From contig CAIIXF020000001.1 of the NCBI GenBank assembly GCA_903813345.2, positions 35,960,001-36,024,000 of the forward strand: a stretch of 64,000 bases of DNA. Direction: 5' to 3'. Source of the stretch: Owenia fusiformis (lineage: Eukaryota). This document shows positions 16,933-31,900 of the stretch, one piece after another. The notes under the pieces are model-generated. The model was not told where the DNA came from and ran no database searches. It saw nothing but the letters and a program-made list of their open reading frames with translations. The number at the start of each line of letters is the position of its first letter. The first letter of the stretch is position 1. Both the position numbers and the translations under genes were made by a program.

Positions 16933-19900
16933 ATGAGTGGACTGAACCCAGATGAAGTGAGTAATCAACGATAGGAATAGTAGATTATTTTTTAAAGATT
17001 TTTTCTTTTAACACAGTCACTCACTGAGTCACTTTCAATTGATTGTTGGCCTGTCTTCATTATTCAACAGGCCTCGCGCTTAACTTTTTTTATCAGGTAG
17101 TCGTTTCACTACTTAGTGAATTTTACAGGTACTGTAGCTATTTGAGAGAAGCAGGTAGACTAGTGATGTTTTTGATAAGAGCATGGGCTTTCAACTAGAT
17201 AAGAGCATGGGCTTTCAATTAGAAGGGTATGGTAAGAGTGATCTTTATTCTTATTGTTGTGGTTCGATTCGAACAAGAAACAACAAAAGATCAGCTGATC
17301 GACGAATTAATAGAAAATCCATGTTTTTTCACATGGAGAGTCGTAAGGTGAGGTTATCGCATCCTACGACCCCTTTAGATTGTGGTCGTACGCGCGTATA
17401 ATTGGTCAGTCGATGTTTTTACAAAGTTGGAGAAAATACTACGCATTGTACACCTAAATGACCCACCTCGATACATTCCTTAGTATTTTAGAATTCTTTT
17501 TTTATTGTATGGGTTCATCGGTAGAACGAAGAGATTTTAGTTTTTACATCGGAAATATATCAGCAATTTTCAAAATGTCGGAAGGGGAATTCCCCAGGGA
17601 TTTCCCTTATGACTGGTGCATGCCGGGAACTGAATGGAGGAATTTGACGGTTGAAATAAGTTTAATATTACACGCAAATATTGCTATCAAAAACGAAAAC
17701 CTCTTCATTCTGCCGATAAACCCATACAATTGGCGATTCAACTACATAAAAAGAATTCTAAAATACTAAGGAATGTATCGAGGTAGGTCATTTAGGTGGG
17801 TAATGTGTAGTATTTTCTCCAACTTTGTAAAAACATTGACTGACCAATTATACGCGCGTATGACCACAATCTAAAGGGGTTGTAGGATGCGATAAAGGTG
17901 AGGTACTAGTGAAGTTAGCTAGCTGGAGGAAATTACAAGTAGTGTTTTTTGGGTAAAACATGTAGCAAAGCGCTACCTTCACAATGCTAATTTCGAGGCC
18001 TGTTGAACATTTTTAATAAAACGTTATTGATCCTTGATATAGTTTATGATTCATAATTCAAGTCATCTATTCATAATTCAAGTCATCTATTCGTAATTCA
18101 AGTCATCTATTCATAATTCAAGTCATCTATTCATAATTCAAGTCATCTATTCATAATTCAAGTCATCTATTTTTCTGCCATTGATGTAATAGCCCTAATT
18201 TTGAAAGTAATTTATGGGCCAATCAAATGGGAGGCTCAAGGCTCATGAAGTTGCGAATTCTGGTGACAAAATCCTTAAAACTTAAATATTTTGATGCTAC
18301 TACTCATTCTGTGCACAGGTACGCCGTAAGCGTTTAGCTCGACTAGCTGGTGGTAATGCTGCATCATCATCGACATCTCTTCCCAACAGTGAACAGACCT
18401 CTTCTGTTTCTATGCCTCAAGTTCCTCAAACAGAATCTGCCTCTCAGTCGAGCACTCAACCAACTGATGATAATGTCCCAATGTTAGAGATAGTACGAGA
18501 AAGTGTTGATTCATCGGCGAGTATGGAATCAGGTATGTAAAGCATATAGCAACAGTTAACAATATGCAGTTAATGATATCATTTCTCAAAGTAAGTTAAT
18601 ATTTATTATTGAACATATAATCATAATCTTATATTTTGAGTGTCTTCTTGTGTTTCAGCTGCACCAACTGCTTCATTGTCTTCCGCAGGCTCAATGACAT
18701 CAGAACTTCAAAGCATGGAAATAGATGCTGCTGGAGAAAAAACGTAATTATTAACTTTTCTGTTTCCTGATATATTACTAATTAGAACATCAATAGTTTA
18801 AACAAATGTGTTTTGTGAGTCCAGTTTCCAGTCCAGAGAAATGTTGTACGCAGGAGGTAGAACTAAAAATGTTCATAATGACAAGACATGTATATTATAA
18901 CCAAAATATTCATACAAATTGCAATGTTCCAGTGCAGTGCAGGCTCAAATGGATGCTGACTCTGGTATAGAAACGATGGAAGTTGATGACACAGAACCAA
19001 ATGAAAGCAAAAGAAAACGGGTAAACATGCAAATGTTTTATTCATAATGTTCAAAATTATCAGAAATAAAGATCATATAAAGAATCATATATAAAAAAAC
19101 TGTTACCTATCATTTCATGTTCAATATACAGGGTGAGCCAAAAAGGTAACCCAAACAAATCTTAATAACTTAATCATCCAGCATGGGTAAGTTAAGTTAA
19201 GTTAAGTAATATTCAGCAGAATTGAACCTTTTTTAATGTTCTTTGATTCTAATAGGTATCATTGGTCTGTTCCAAAATGTCATGATTTTATGGCCATTTT
19301 ACGAAACATGCTGCAAATGTCAAAACAATACTAAAATCACCCAATATGAGCCCCCAGAATTTTATCTTTGTGGTTATTTCAAAGGAATATTGTGGAATGA
19401 AAGAAAATTTGAATAGAGTTCAGTTTTGCTAATTATGACTTAAAACCCATATTGGACCACTGAGTTATTAAGATTTCTTTAGGTTTGGTTACCTTTTTTG
19501 GCTCACCCTATATATGAACATACATGTCAGTGAACTGCTGTTAAACCTTTATAGAAATGATTATCCCAGCTAAATCTTATGCAAGCTGCTTTGTTATACA
19601 TATCAGATAAAGACATTTGTGTTCATGAATTGTAAATGTTATGTATATTATAAATGCCTTTATATTATATATATTTTAGCAGTCAAGTATTAATGAAGCC
19701 ACTGAAGAGCATGTCCAGAATTCCATTAGGAGAGTATTCCGTGTGTCCTGGAACAATGCTGAGGCCAGTCAGGGAAATACTATTGCCCTTCCAGAACTAG
19801 CTGAAGCTGCTAAATCGGGAGATGGTAACTACATAATGTTGATTTAGTACACTTGTGTATATCTTGATCTGTGATATTTTTAAAACTTTATCCTTAAACA

Positions 19901-22900
19901 TTTTCACCTATACAAATGTAGTAGTATATAGAAGTATTAACTCATGTTGTGCATCTTTTGTCCTCCTTTATGTATTTGATTGAAAAAATATTTATATAAA
20001 ATGAGTTTGAATTGAAATGACAAGTCTTGTTTTAAATCTCTGCCCACTCCCCATGAGGGAAATGGGATTAGAGATGTCAGGAAAATATGATAATTTTTTC
20101 CTACAAAGAGTACAAATATATTCTCTTCACTGTTAATGTTTTATTATTAGATAAAACTTATGTAATACTAGCAAATAGCAATGTAACATTTATGTAACAA
20201 TTTTCAACAACTGACAAATTAATTACTTTTTGTCACATTAATGTGTTTTTACAAGATGTTTGTGGTTGTTTTGTAGGTTGGTTGGATCACAAGGACCTAA
20301 TAAGTCAGTTGTTATTAGAAGTATTAATGATTTTGAAGAACAAACAGGAAAACCCTTTCACAACTTTGAAACTAGAACCTCCTAGTTCTCCAAGCAAATA
20401 TGGGTCTCCAAGTAAATACGGAGCTAGTCCTAAAAGGTAAGTTAATTGAATTACTTTAAAACACAAAATAATGTACATGATCCAAAATATTATGATTCAT
20501 TATAATATTTTATAGGTTAAAAGATGTGCTATACATGCAAAATTGTAAGTGATATACTATCACTCAAAAGTGATTGCTATTCAAAATTTACTCATAATTT
20601 TTGTTACATTATTTTTTACACTGAAAATCATGTTTCAGTCCTAGCCCACTGTCATCGTGTATGACATCACAACAAACTAGTCGGGAATTTACATACAAGA
20701 AGGTTCAGCCAGAAAAATGTGCTGAGGTGAATATGATCACCTACCTGATGGATTGCTATGATCGAGTCTCTGTAGAAGAGAGGTCAGCCCCTAAGAGAAG
20801 TAAAACACCACCATTGAGTGACGTCCTTGCAGACATAAGGTGTCAGTGTGTATGTCACACAGCATTGGTGCTCCAAGGTGTATTTACACAGATAAGGTTA
20901 GTTCTGAAAACAGGAATAATGTGTAGTTTGAATAAAAGATTGTAAGCCTGGGTATAGTGAATATGATTTTTTTATCCCATTTATTTTATCCCATTTAAGG
21001 AACTTGACTGATTATATCAAGGCACCTGTTAAGTTATCTGTTCTTGTGCCATATTTCAGGTCATTTGCTTAACTGACTGTTCTATGTGCCATATTTCAGA
21101 TCACCTGCTAAATTATCTGTTCTTGTGCCATATCTGCTGTCACACAATCTACCCAGGGACTTCCTTATACAACTTATGACTATCACATACCAGGACAAGG
21201 ATTCATTCAGAGCAGTATGTTCACCAATTATTCATTAAATTCTGCTATAGTACAATATAGACTAATATTAGATATCTTAAATTTTGATCAAACCTCCATA
21301 TGCAACACCTTTTCAAGTGTTTAAATAATGGAAATTACAAAAATTGATGGAAAATACTTTGTGTAATATGATATAACATTGCAAAAGCAATTTCAATAAA
21401 ATATTTAAAGAACACAAAGAGGTGTAAACTACCAATTTTTATCAATATTAAATAATATTTGCAATTTGTGTATATTTGCAGGTATTTGAGCCAGTTTTAC
21501 AAGGGTTGGCATCTGTGATGAGATCAATATCATTTGACAACCCAGAGTTTAGGCAACCTTTGATTGTGTTCAGTGAACTTTGTGATGTCAAAATATCAAA
21601 TACAAGACCTATATGTAACCTGGTAAGATATTTTACAGAAATCTGTTATGATTCAATTCCAAAAAAGAATTGAATTTACTATTAAACATACATTTTCATT
21701 TTGGTCGGAGATTCTGCAATTGAGAGCTGGGTTATATTTCCAAATACATTCATAGAATTTGACATGCATTTAATCCTTTCAAAAGAGACCACTTTAATTT
21801 TTGTTTATAAACATCCTGTGGTGACTTTCCATTTAATCTTCTCCCTTGTAGTTAATTTTATTGTGTAATTTAACTGGGTAGAATATCTATCAAACTTATT
21901 GGGTACAAGGTAACCAAAAGTAACAGGACAGGTGCTGTCTTTTTTTATTAATACTGAACAGATCCTGTTCATACATTCTACTACACTGGAAAGAATTTCA
22001 AAACTGGTATAGTGGTGCTAGAGCCTTGACTCAAACAGACTAGCTGACATGTCAGGAAGGGTAGATTTCACAAGTCAGTGAAGACTCACTCTTCTCCATG
22101 ACGATTTGACCCTCCAGATTAGCTATCAATGCATACCATTTGAAGTGAGATATTACACGATCATGAGAGAAGTCTGTATGGTCTAAGATGTCAGAAAAAA
22201 TTTGAACATAATTGGCGCAGAATTTAATTCAATTTATTTATTTCATAATTCTTATATAATATACACTATAAAAACAAGCCGCTGGACACCCTAGTGGGTA
22301 TATGTTGCGGTTTAACAGAAATTTTTAAAATGACATCTAGACTACATATAAAAGAAAGCACTTATGTTACATGTAGGTATATAAAATGTTATTAACAATA
22401 ATACTTTAAGGATGTACAATGTAGAAATGTTACAAAAAATCGGGTACCAGTATAAAAATCAAAAATCAACAGTACAGTATTATACATTATCGATAGATGA
22501 GTAGTTTTTTATATGAAGATTTGAAAATATTTAGAGTGGAGCATTTTTTAATATCATCTGGTAGAGCATTCCAAAGATTAGGACCTAGATAGCGAAGGGA
22601 AAATTTAGAGCATTTAGGGATATGAAAATCTCGTGAAATGATGATGGACATTAATACTTTTAACAAAATGCCAGCACCAGACCTGTTACTTTTAATACAG
22701 CCTGTATTCTCTACTAATGCTAGTTATTATTTATTTATTATTTAGATAACCAAACTAGATAACTGGTTGCCAGATTCGTTAAGCCCAGCTGCAGGATTGG
22801 AAATTGAAAGATTGTCCATCTTGGGAGCTTTCTTTGGTATCTCTGTCTTTGCTGAAGATGATGTAAGTAGTCATACAAATACTACATTCATATTTGATTT

Positions 22901-25900
22901 AGTAAGCATTTTAATTCAGTGATTTTACAAAATTTACAAGTTAAGAGGACCATAGCCAATTAGCTTTGATTAGGTCAACCAGAGGAAATATTAAGAATAA
23001 CCTTGGACTTAGTTGTTCTTTCTATTTACAATTTGGGAATTTCATGATTTTAGACATTTATAAAGAATTGGTAATGCCAATGATTTGATGTGTATATGGT
23101 TTTAGACAAGTGTGGTGGATGCCTATTTCTCCAACCCTGAGATGACAGCTGATAGTGCCAGGATGATCAACAAATCTCTGCAACAAGCCATGGAGTTTGC
23201 AAGGGTAAGTCTTATATCCATTTAATACACCCAAATTGTAGTTATATGGTTGCTCACAGAAAATGCATACCATAAATTTTTCGTTAAAATTTATTCTTTT
23301 TTTTCTTTGTTTCATTTTATCAACTTTGCTGTTTCAGAGGTTATTTTACAGGTCCTGCTGCCAGTTGGTCAACGGAAGAACTCTATTTATTAAATATGTT
23401 TATTTGCTTCATTGTAGGGGGAACAATTTAAGATCCTACACAGTATTTTAGTGAACTCTGAGACTAGGGATGCAGCCATGTCTTTCATAGCTGCAGCTAC
23501 ATGTAGGAACCACAAACGCTCACAATTACAGGTATTTAAAAATCAGCCATCTTGAATTTTACAAATAAGTGTCATTTTGTTTATTTGTTTTAAGTACATT
23601 TATTGTTTAAAATAATTTTAAATGAATAATGCTAATCTTGGGATATTTTATATAATTGTATGTCTGGTAACAGCATTTCTTTATTTAAAGTACAATACCA
23701 CAATACCAAAAATTAATTAAACTTGATAATATTTTTCCAGGCAGATGAAAGACTAGTCAGTGGAGATGGGTTCATGCTAAACTTTCTCACAGTCCTTCAG
23801 CAACTTGCAGTGAAAGTCAAACTAGACAAAGTAGATCTTTGTTATCTAAATCATCCTAAATCACGCATAGACATCAAAGAGGAGACAAGGCTGAAGTGCA
23901 GCTCTCAGGAAGCAAACAACTGGATAGATACAATGAGTAAGCCTTGAGTATTCAAGTACTAAGCTTTGATTTGTATAACATGGAAGCTCTGTGGAAGCTC
24001 TGAATTGTTGAATTTATTTATATTTCGTTCAAAATTTCAAAATGTGAAAAAATCAGTGTACAATAGAAGTGCATAATTTGATATAAACATGTGAAATTTA
24101 ATTAATGTTTTATTATAGAAGCTAACCCTACTCATAGCTGGCCAGATCCCAAGTTCCCGACAGAGTGTTTCTTCCTCACCCTGCATTGCCACCACCTGGC
24201 CGTGCTCCCCATTGCCAGGAAGTACCAACGTAGATTACGTGCAATACGTGACTTATCACGCATGGTAGATGAGATCCAGAGTGCCGAGCCACAATGGGCT
24301 AACACACCAGTAGCAATGCGCAATAAAGAACTGATTAAGAGGTGGAAATCTCAAGTTCAGGTGGGCTGCTTTGAACATATTCACTCTTCCAATGTGTTAA
24401 ACACTTAATCAGAAAAGCATGACATAACATTTTCTTTCTTTTTACATTTTAACTCCCATAAAAAACATGACAGTTACAGACGAGATTGATACAAGATGTG
24501 AAAAAGTGTAAAATCATCTTTAATAATTTAGAGGCCAGTGAACTTAACCAGTTTGTATTCTGAAAATGCTAGCTTGCTTAGGTACCAAAATTGTAGAAGC
24601 AATATTCATATTCAAATGTGACAAACAACTGCACAAGCACACTTTATAGTAAAACCTGTATATTCACCTAGTTAATCTGAACATCTCCCAATCTGAACAT
24701 TTTTTCTGTCCCGTTTTTCCTCCCATTGACTCCAGTGTTAAAAAGCTTGAAATGTGAACATTATTTGTGACTAGAAATAGAGATCATGTACATTCAGTGT
24801 TTCAAACATTGTCATGTGATTTTTCAGAGACTTCAAAAGGGCAAACTGTGTGCAGATGCTGCTTTGATGGATGAGAGTCTCTTGAGGCGGTGTCTCCAGT
24901 TTTACAGTTCACTGGCACAATTTATACTTAACATAGTTGATTCTAAACCCAGTGGGTAAGTTCTGTTTATATGATTTCTGTTTTGTTTATTTATAATTAA
25001 TTTTAGATTTTCTAATCTGTTGGATTTTAAAGATTATAGGGGCAATGAAGGAATGGATAAGAGTAGCAAACTTTATCAAAAAAAATTCCAATTATTTCAG
25101 GTCTTGGGTTTTCATTGCTATCTTCTGTTTCCAGTTCAGACTTGATTTCATGAAGTGCCTTGATTTTTAAATGCTGCCCATTTATTTTTACATTTCTGCA
25201 TCTTAAATCATCAATTACTTTGATCCTGTTTCAACCAATACCTTAATTTTTTCCACATTGAATTTTGAATTGTAAGGTACACATGGTTTTGTTTATTTTT
25301 TCCTGCTACTTTGATGACTCAATGAAATAATCAAAACAAGATTATAACACATGCTTAATATCAGTAACAATATGTTATTGCAGGCCTACATTACCTCTAG
25401 CAACAGATGTCCCTATGCTGTTCTCTGCCCTGCCTGAGTACACAGTGGACGATATGGCAGACTTCCTCCTATTTGCAATACAGTGAGTCTACTTTTCGTT
25501 ACAATTTCTGATGCTTTTCAATTACATTTCAGTACCTTTTGAACAGAACAATTTTTTCCAGTCCCATTTTTGTCCTCGTAAAAATGATTAAAATGTAAAC
25601 ATCTGGTATATAACATCAGAACACAAAATATTTTCTTGTACTGTGTGAAATAAAATTGTCCAGTTTTCCATAAATAAAAAGAATCTTGCCTGAATTCTGA
25701 TTTTATAAAAATGTTCATATTCTCGCCCAATGTGTACAATATCTAAACTGACCCATTATTCATTATATTTCAGGTACATGCCCAGCATACTGGCTGATGT
25801 TAACCTAGATCCCATCATAACGTTCCTCATTGTGTTCATTTGTTCCCCCACTTACATCAGCAACCCCTACCTAGTGGCCAAACTCATTGAAGTTGTCTTT

Positions 25901-28900
25901 GTTATCAACCCTAATGTACAGCCAAGGACAGAGAAATTGAACAATATGGTAATGCTGCACGATCTCGCCCTGGATAATCTCGCTCCAGCACTTATGATAT
26001 TTTACACTGGTATGGCTTAAATCTTCATTTTTTGATGTACTATTAGTCTATATTGATTAATACATTTTACTGTAACTATTCAGTGAATGAAAACAAAATT
26101 CTTATTGTTGAAATAATAAAATATATGCCAATAACTAAAGATTCCTCTTCTGTTTTAGACATTGAGACAACTGGCTCCAGTAATGAGTTCTATGATAAGT
26201 TCACAATCCGTTACCATATAAGCATTATCTTCAAGACTATGTGGGAGATGCCTTCTCATAGGTCCAGGTTCATTTCAGAGGCCAAGTAAGTACAATGAGG
26301 CAAAACATTTACAATAAGGTGAAGTAATTACAATGGTGGCAAGTATGTACAATGAAGTAAAGAATTTACAATAAAATTAAGTAATTACAATGGTGCCAAT
26401 TAAGTACAAGGAGGCAAAATATTTACAATAAGGTGAAGTAATTACAATGGTGCCAAGTATGTACAATGAAGTAAAGAATTTACAATAAAATTAAGTAATT
26501 ACAATGGTGCCAATTAAGTACAAGGAGGCAAAATATTTACAATAAGGTGAAGTAATTACAATGGTGCCAAGTATGTACAATGAAGTAAAGAATTTACAAT
26601 AAAATTAAGTAATTACAATGGTGCCAATTAAGTACAAGGAAGCAAAACATTTACAATAAGGTGAAGTAATTACAATGGTGCCAAGTATGTACAATGAAGT
26701 AAAGAAATTACAGTAAGATTAAGTAATTACAATGGTGCCAATTAAGTACAAGGAGGCAAAGTATTTACAATAAGGTAAGTAATTGCTTATGCCAAGTATA
26801 TACAATGAAGTGAAGAATTTACAATAAGATTAAGTAATTACAATGGTGCCAATTAAGTACAAGGAGGCAAAGTATTTACAATAAGGTAAGTAATTGCTTA
26901 TGCCAAGTATGTACAATGAAGTAAAGAATTTACAATAAAATTAAGTAATTACAATGGTGCCAATTAAGTACAAGGAGGCAAAGTATTTACAATAAGGTAA
27001 GTAATTGCTTATGCCAAGTATATACAATGAAGTGAAGAATTTACAATAAGATTAAGTAATTACAATGGTGCCAATTAAGTACAAGGAGGCAAAGTATTTA
27101 CAATAAGGTAAGTAATTGCTTATGCCAAGTATATACAATGAAGTGAAGAATTTACAATAAGATTAAGTAATTACAATGGTGCCAATTAAGTACAATGAGG
27201 CAAAACATTTACAATAAGGTGATGTAATTACAATGGTGCCAAGTATGTACAATGAAGTAAAGAATTTACAATAAAATTAAGTAATTACAATGGTGCCAAT
27301 TAAGTACAAGGAGGCAAAGTATTTACAATAAGGTGAAGTAATTGCTTATGCCAAGTATGTACAATGAAGTAAAGAATTTACAATAAGATTAAGTAATTAC
27401 AATGACACCAATTAAGTACAAGAAAGTAAAGTATTTACAATAAGGTAAGTAATTGCTTATGCCAAGTATGTTCATTGATGCCATGTATGCACAATGAGGC
27501 AAAGTACATACAATGATTTTAAGTTATTACAGTGTGACCAAGTGTGTGGATGTAAAATAAGTTTAAGTAATTACAATGAGGGCAAGTATGTACATTTGTA
27601 CAATGTCACCAAGTAAGTGTAATATGGTTATGTTAGTATATGCAACAAGTCCAGGTACATTCTGTTAACTGTCAAAGAATTTAGACTTAATTTTCTGGAA
27701 CTTTCATACATGTCGCACAATGAGAGACTGTTCATATACATATGTATGTAGATCATCACTTTATCTTTCCTCCCAATTAACAATTTTTCCATTATTCTGT
27801 AATATTCAGGTCAGGGAAACAGTTTGTGAAATTTGTAAACATGCTGATGAATGACACAACATTTCTGCTTGATGAGAGCCTAGACACACTGAAGAGCATA
27901 CATGAGATACAGGAGCTCATGGAGAATAAAGAAGAGTTCAACAAACTGTCCAGAGTAAGTAACAAATAACCTGTGCCAAGGTACACAAACCATCAAAATT
28001 CTAATCTTGGCAGAGTATTATTGACATCCAGTGTAACCATTGTACTTTGAATTTGTAATGAAGTTTGAAACAAAAACTTAACTAATAGTTATTATTACCA
28101 CCTTGCAGGGCCTGTTCTAGGGGTTTTAGTACTAGTTGAGAAGGCATTTAAATTGCTATATTGACGTGAGCAATATTGTGTCGGGCGTTAATGACTTTAG
28201 TTGGGCAATAATGACATTATCCGCCCGGCTATGTTTCCCGAGAAAAGTGATATCGTTCAGTGCGTAAGATTTTCTATTTCAAATTTGCTATTTCAGCCCT
28301 GGTCATTAACGGTGGTAATAATAGTAATAACGTCATTTCTGCGGGCAAAATAGTGAAATATTGGACCTTGGGCCTGCGGCCCTTGGTCCAATATTTCACC
28401 ATATTGCCCTTTGGAATGACGTTATTGTACTATTATTGGTGATAATAGGCCATGCAAACAACCAAGCTGTAGTTTATAAGACAATCCCCTGTGTTTAAAT
28501 TATTTTCATTAAGTCATTTGTGACCCCTTGTATTGAAAGCGAGAGCCTTTTGTGCATAACTTGGTTAATGTTTTTCAGGAGCAACAACAAAGTAAACAAA
28601 AACAGCTTTCCACAGATGAGAGACAATGCAGGTCATACCTCACCCTTGCTTCAGAAACTGTGGAAATGTTCCACTATCTCACCAAGTGCATCGTAGATCC
28701 ATTTCTTATACCCGTATGTATTGTTTGTACTGTTCCAGTTCCATTGTTGGCATGTTGTCTCAAGTAATGTTAAAGTTGTATATTAATATGTTTAAAATTC
28801 ACTACTGCCTAAATACCAATGGCAATCACTTTTTTTTATTATTCTTGGAAATGAACTTTGAAAAAATGAGCATTCCAGCAACAGACTTATTGCCAACATG

Positions 28901-31900
28901 GAACTTGTGCCAGTCATGTTGCCAACCTTAGTATAGTACCTAAGAATACATTAGAAAATAATCATATTTTAAAACTATATGTCCAACCACTGTATCTCAG
29001 GGACATATAACTATGTATTTTAAACTTTAATATATGTTTATATATATTTGTGTGATCAATCTATGGTCCAAATAAAGAAACATAAACATATGTCAAACTG
29101 TTCTTTTTATGTTTTAGGAGCTCTCACACAGATTAGCTGCAATGTTGAACTTCAACCTCCGCTCACTATGCGGCCCAAAATGTAAAAATCTCAAAGTGAA
29201 AAACCCTGAAAAATATGGCTGGGAACCGAAGAAGCTTTTGAATCATCTGACAGATATATATCTACATTTGGACTGTGACAAGTTTGCTCAGGCAATTGCC
29301 AGTGATGAGGTAAGAGCAATAGTTTTTGTAAACTGATATCTGATGATAACAGTCCTTTATAAGCCAGACAAGATTTTGTCAAGCTTGTAATAGAGCTGCC
29401 TTATATATACAAATACAGATCTGTATGAATTCTTGGCATAGATAGAAGACTGGTAACAGAGTTTGTGGTTTCAAGTACATTACTTTTTTCAAAAAAGCCT
29501 CCTTGTAGATCATAATAATTATAGAAATCACAAATTTTGTGTGGTTTTTAGAGCTATGCGCTTAAACGTTAATATTCATAAAATATGGTGTTGCATTCAT
29601 CCATTGGATCCCATGTCTAATTTACATTTTATCTACTATGAGTATGCATAATTTACTTTTTATTCATTCTAGAACACTTTCATTCTTCATATTAGTCAAT
29701 AACAATATTGTGCTTCAATAGTTTTATATTCATTCAATTTATATATACATCCATATCCTTGCTCCAGAGGTCCTACTCCAAGGAGCTGTTTGATGATGCC
29801 ATAGCTCGCATGACTAAAGCCAGAATAAAGACAAACCAAGAGATTGAACAGTTCAGGGCTCTACAAGAGAAAGTGCAAAACTTAGTTCTCAAGAAGATGA
29901 GGACTGAAGTGGACCATGAAAACATTCCGGATGAGTTTAAAGGTAAACAATAAGCATACAAGCATCTGTGTCATCATATCGTTGCTGCATCATGAAGATA
30001 GCATGATAAGTAATTTCAGTAATACACCTAAAATCAAGCTTGGATTTTGTGTAGAAGGATTTGCCAAACTCTGCTCTTACATTCAAGCTTTTCAGTGATC
30101 TATATTGTGATCAACATTCTTCTGTATTACACATATTAGGCCTATATTATGAAGTGGAATGCTCAACTCCTAATAAAGTCATCCAATCCTAACCCACTGT
30201 GATGGACATACACAGACCAATCATTCCTATTCAATTATTCACTTCACTGTTTGATTTATTCTAGATCCATTGATGGATACATTGATGAATGACCCTGTGC
30301 TACTCTCTAGTGGTATGATCATGGACAGACCAATCATTCCTATTCAATTATTCACTTCATTGTTTGATTTGTTCTAGATCCATTGATGGATACATTGATG
30401 AATGACCCTGTGCTACTCTCTAGTGGTATGATCATGGACAGACCAATCATTCCTATTCAATTATTCACTTCATTGTTTGATTCATTCTAGATCCATTGAT
30501 GGATACATTGATGAATGACCCTGTGCTACTCTCTAGTGGTATGATCATGGACAGACCAATCATTCCTATTCAATTATTCACTTCATTGTTTGATTTGTTC
30601 TAGATCCATTGATGGATACATTGATGAATGACCCTGTGCTACTCTAGTGGTATGATCATGGACAGACCAATCATTCCTATTCAATTATTCACTTCATTGT
30701 TTGATTTGTTCTAGATCCATTGATGGATACATTGATGAATGAACCTGTGCTACTTCCTAGTGGTATGATCATGGACAGACCAATCATTTCTATTCAATTA
30801 TTCACTTCATTATTTGATTTATTCTAGATCTATTGATGGATACATTGATGAATGACCCTGTGCTACTCTCTAGTGGTATGATCATGGACAGACCAATCAT
30901 TCCTATTCAATTATTCACTTCATTGTTTGATTTGTTCTAGATCCATTGATGGATACATTGATGAATGACCCTGTGCTACTCTCTAGTGGTATGATCATGG
31001 ACAGACCAATCATTCCTATTCAATTATTCACTTCATTGTTTGATTTGTTCTAGATCCATTGATGGATACATTGATGAATGACCCTGTGCTACTCCCTAAT
31101 GGTATGATCATGGACAGACCAATCATTCCTACTCAATTATTCACTTCATTGTTTGATTTATTCTAGATCCATTGATGGATACATTGATGAATGACCCTGT
31201 GCTACTCCCTAATGGTATGATCATGGACAGACCAATCATTCCTATTCAATTATTCACTTCATTGTTTGATTTATTCTAGATCCATTGATGGATACATTGA
31301 TGAATGACCCCATGCTACTCTCTAGTGGTATGATCATGGACAGACCAATCAATCCTATTCAATTATTCACTTCATTGTTTGATTTATTCTAGATCCATTG
31401 ATGGATACATTGATGAATGACCCTGTGCTACTTCCTAGTGGTATGATCATGGACAGGCCAATCATTCTGCGCCACCTGCTCAACTCCCAAACTGACCCAT
31501 TCAACAGGGAGAACCTTACTGAAGAAGAACTGATACCAGGTATATACATGTAATGCAATAATTTTAAACAACATTTTTTTGTTGAAAAAGGTTCTGTAAA
31601 ACATATTTGTTTGCACTCTGCAGATTATTGAATTGAGCTTGCTTTTATCACCAACCTTACCACTAACCAACAACCAAAAGCAGTTGTATGTTGAATTCCA
31701 TTTGAAACTTATGTGACAGAACCTTGAACCAATTTCTGTATTATACATTGTCATATTTGTTTAGAATGGGGAAATTGTGTGGTGATACTGTCCCTTTAAG
31801 GGTGCGCTATGATGTCATCAGTAGGTCAATGCCTCGTGTATTTGAAGCTAAGCAAATAAAGTCTTTTAAACTTCTAAATATTCATATTCCGTTGAGATCT

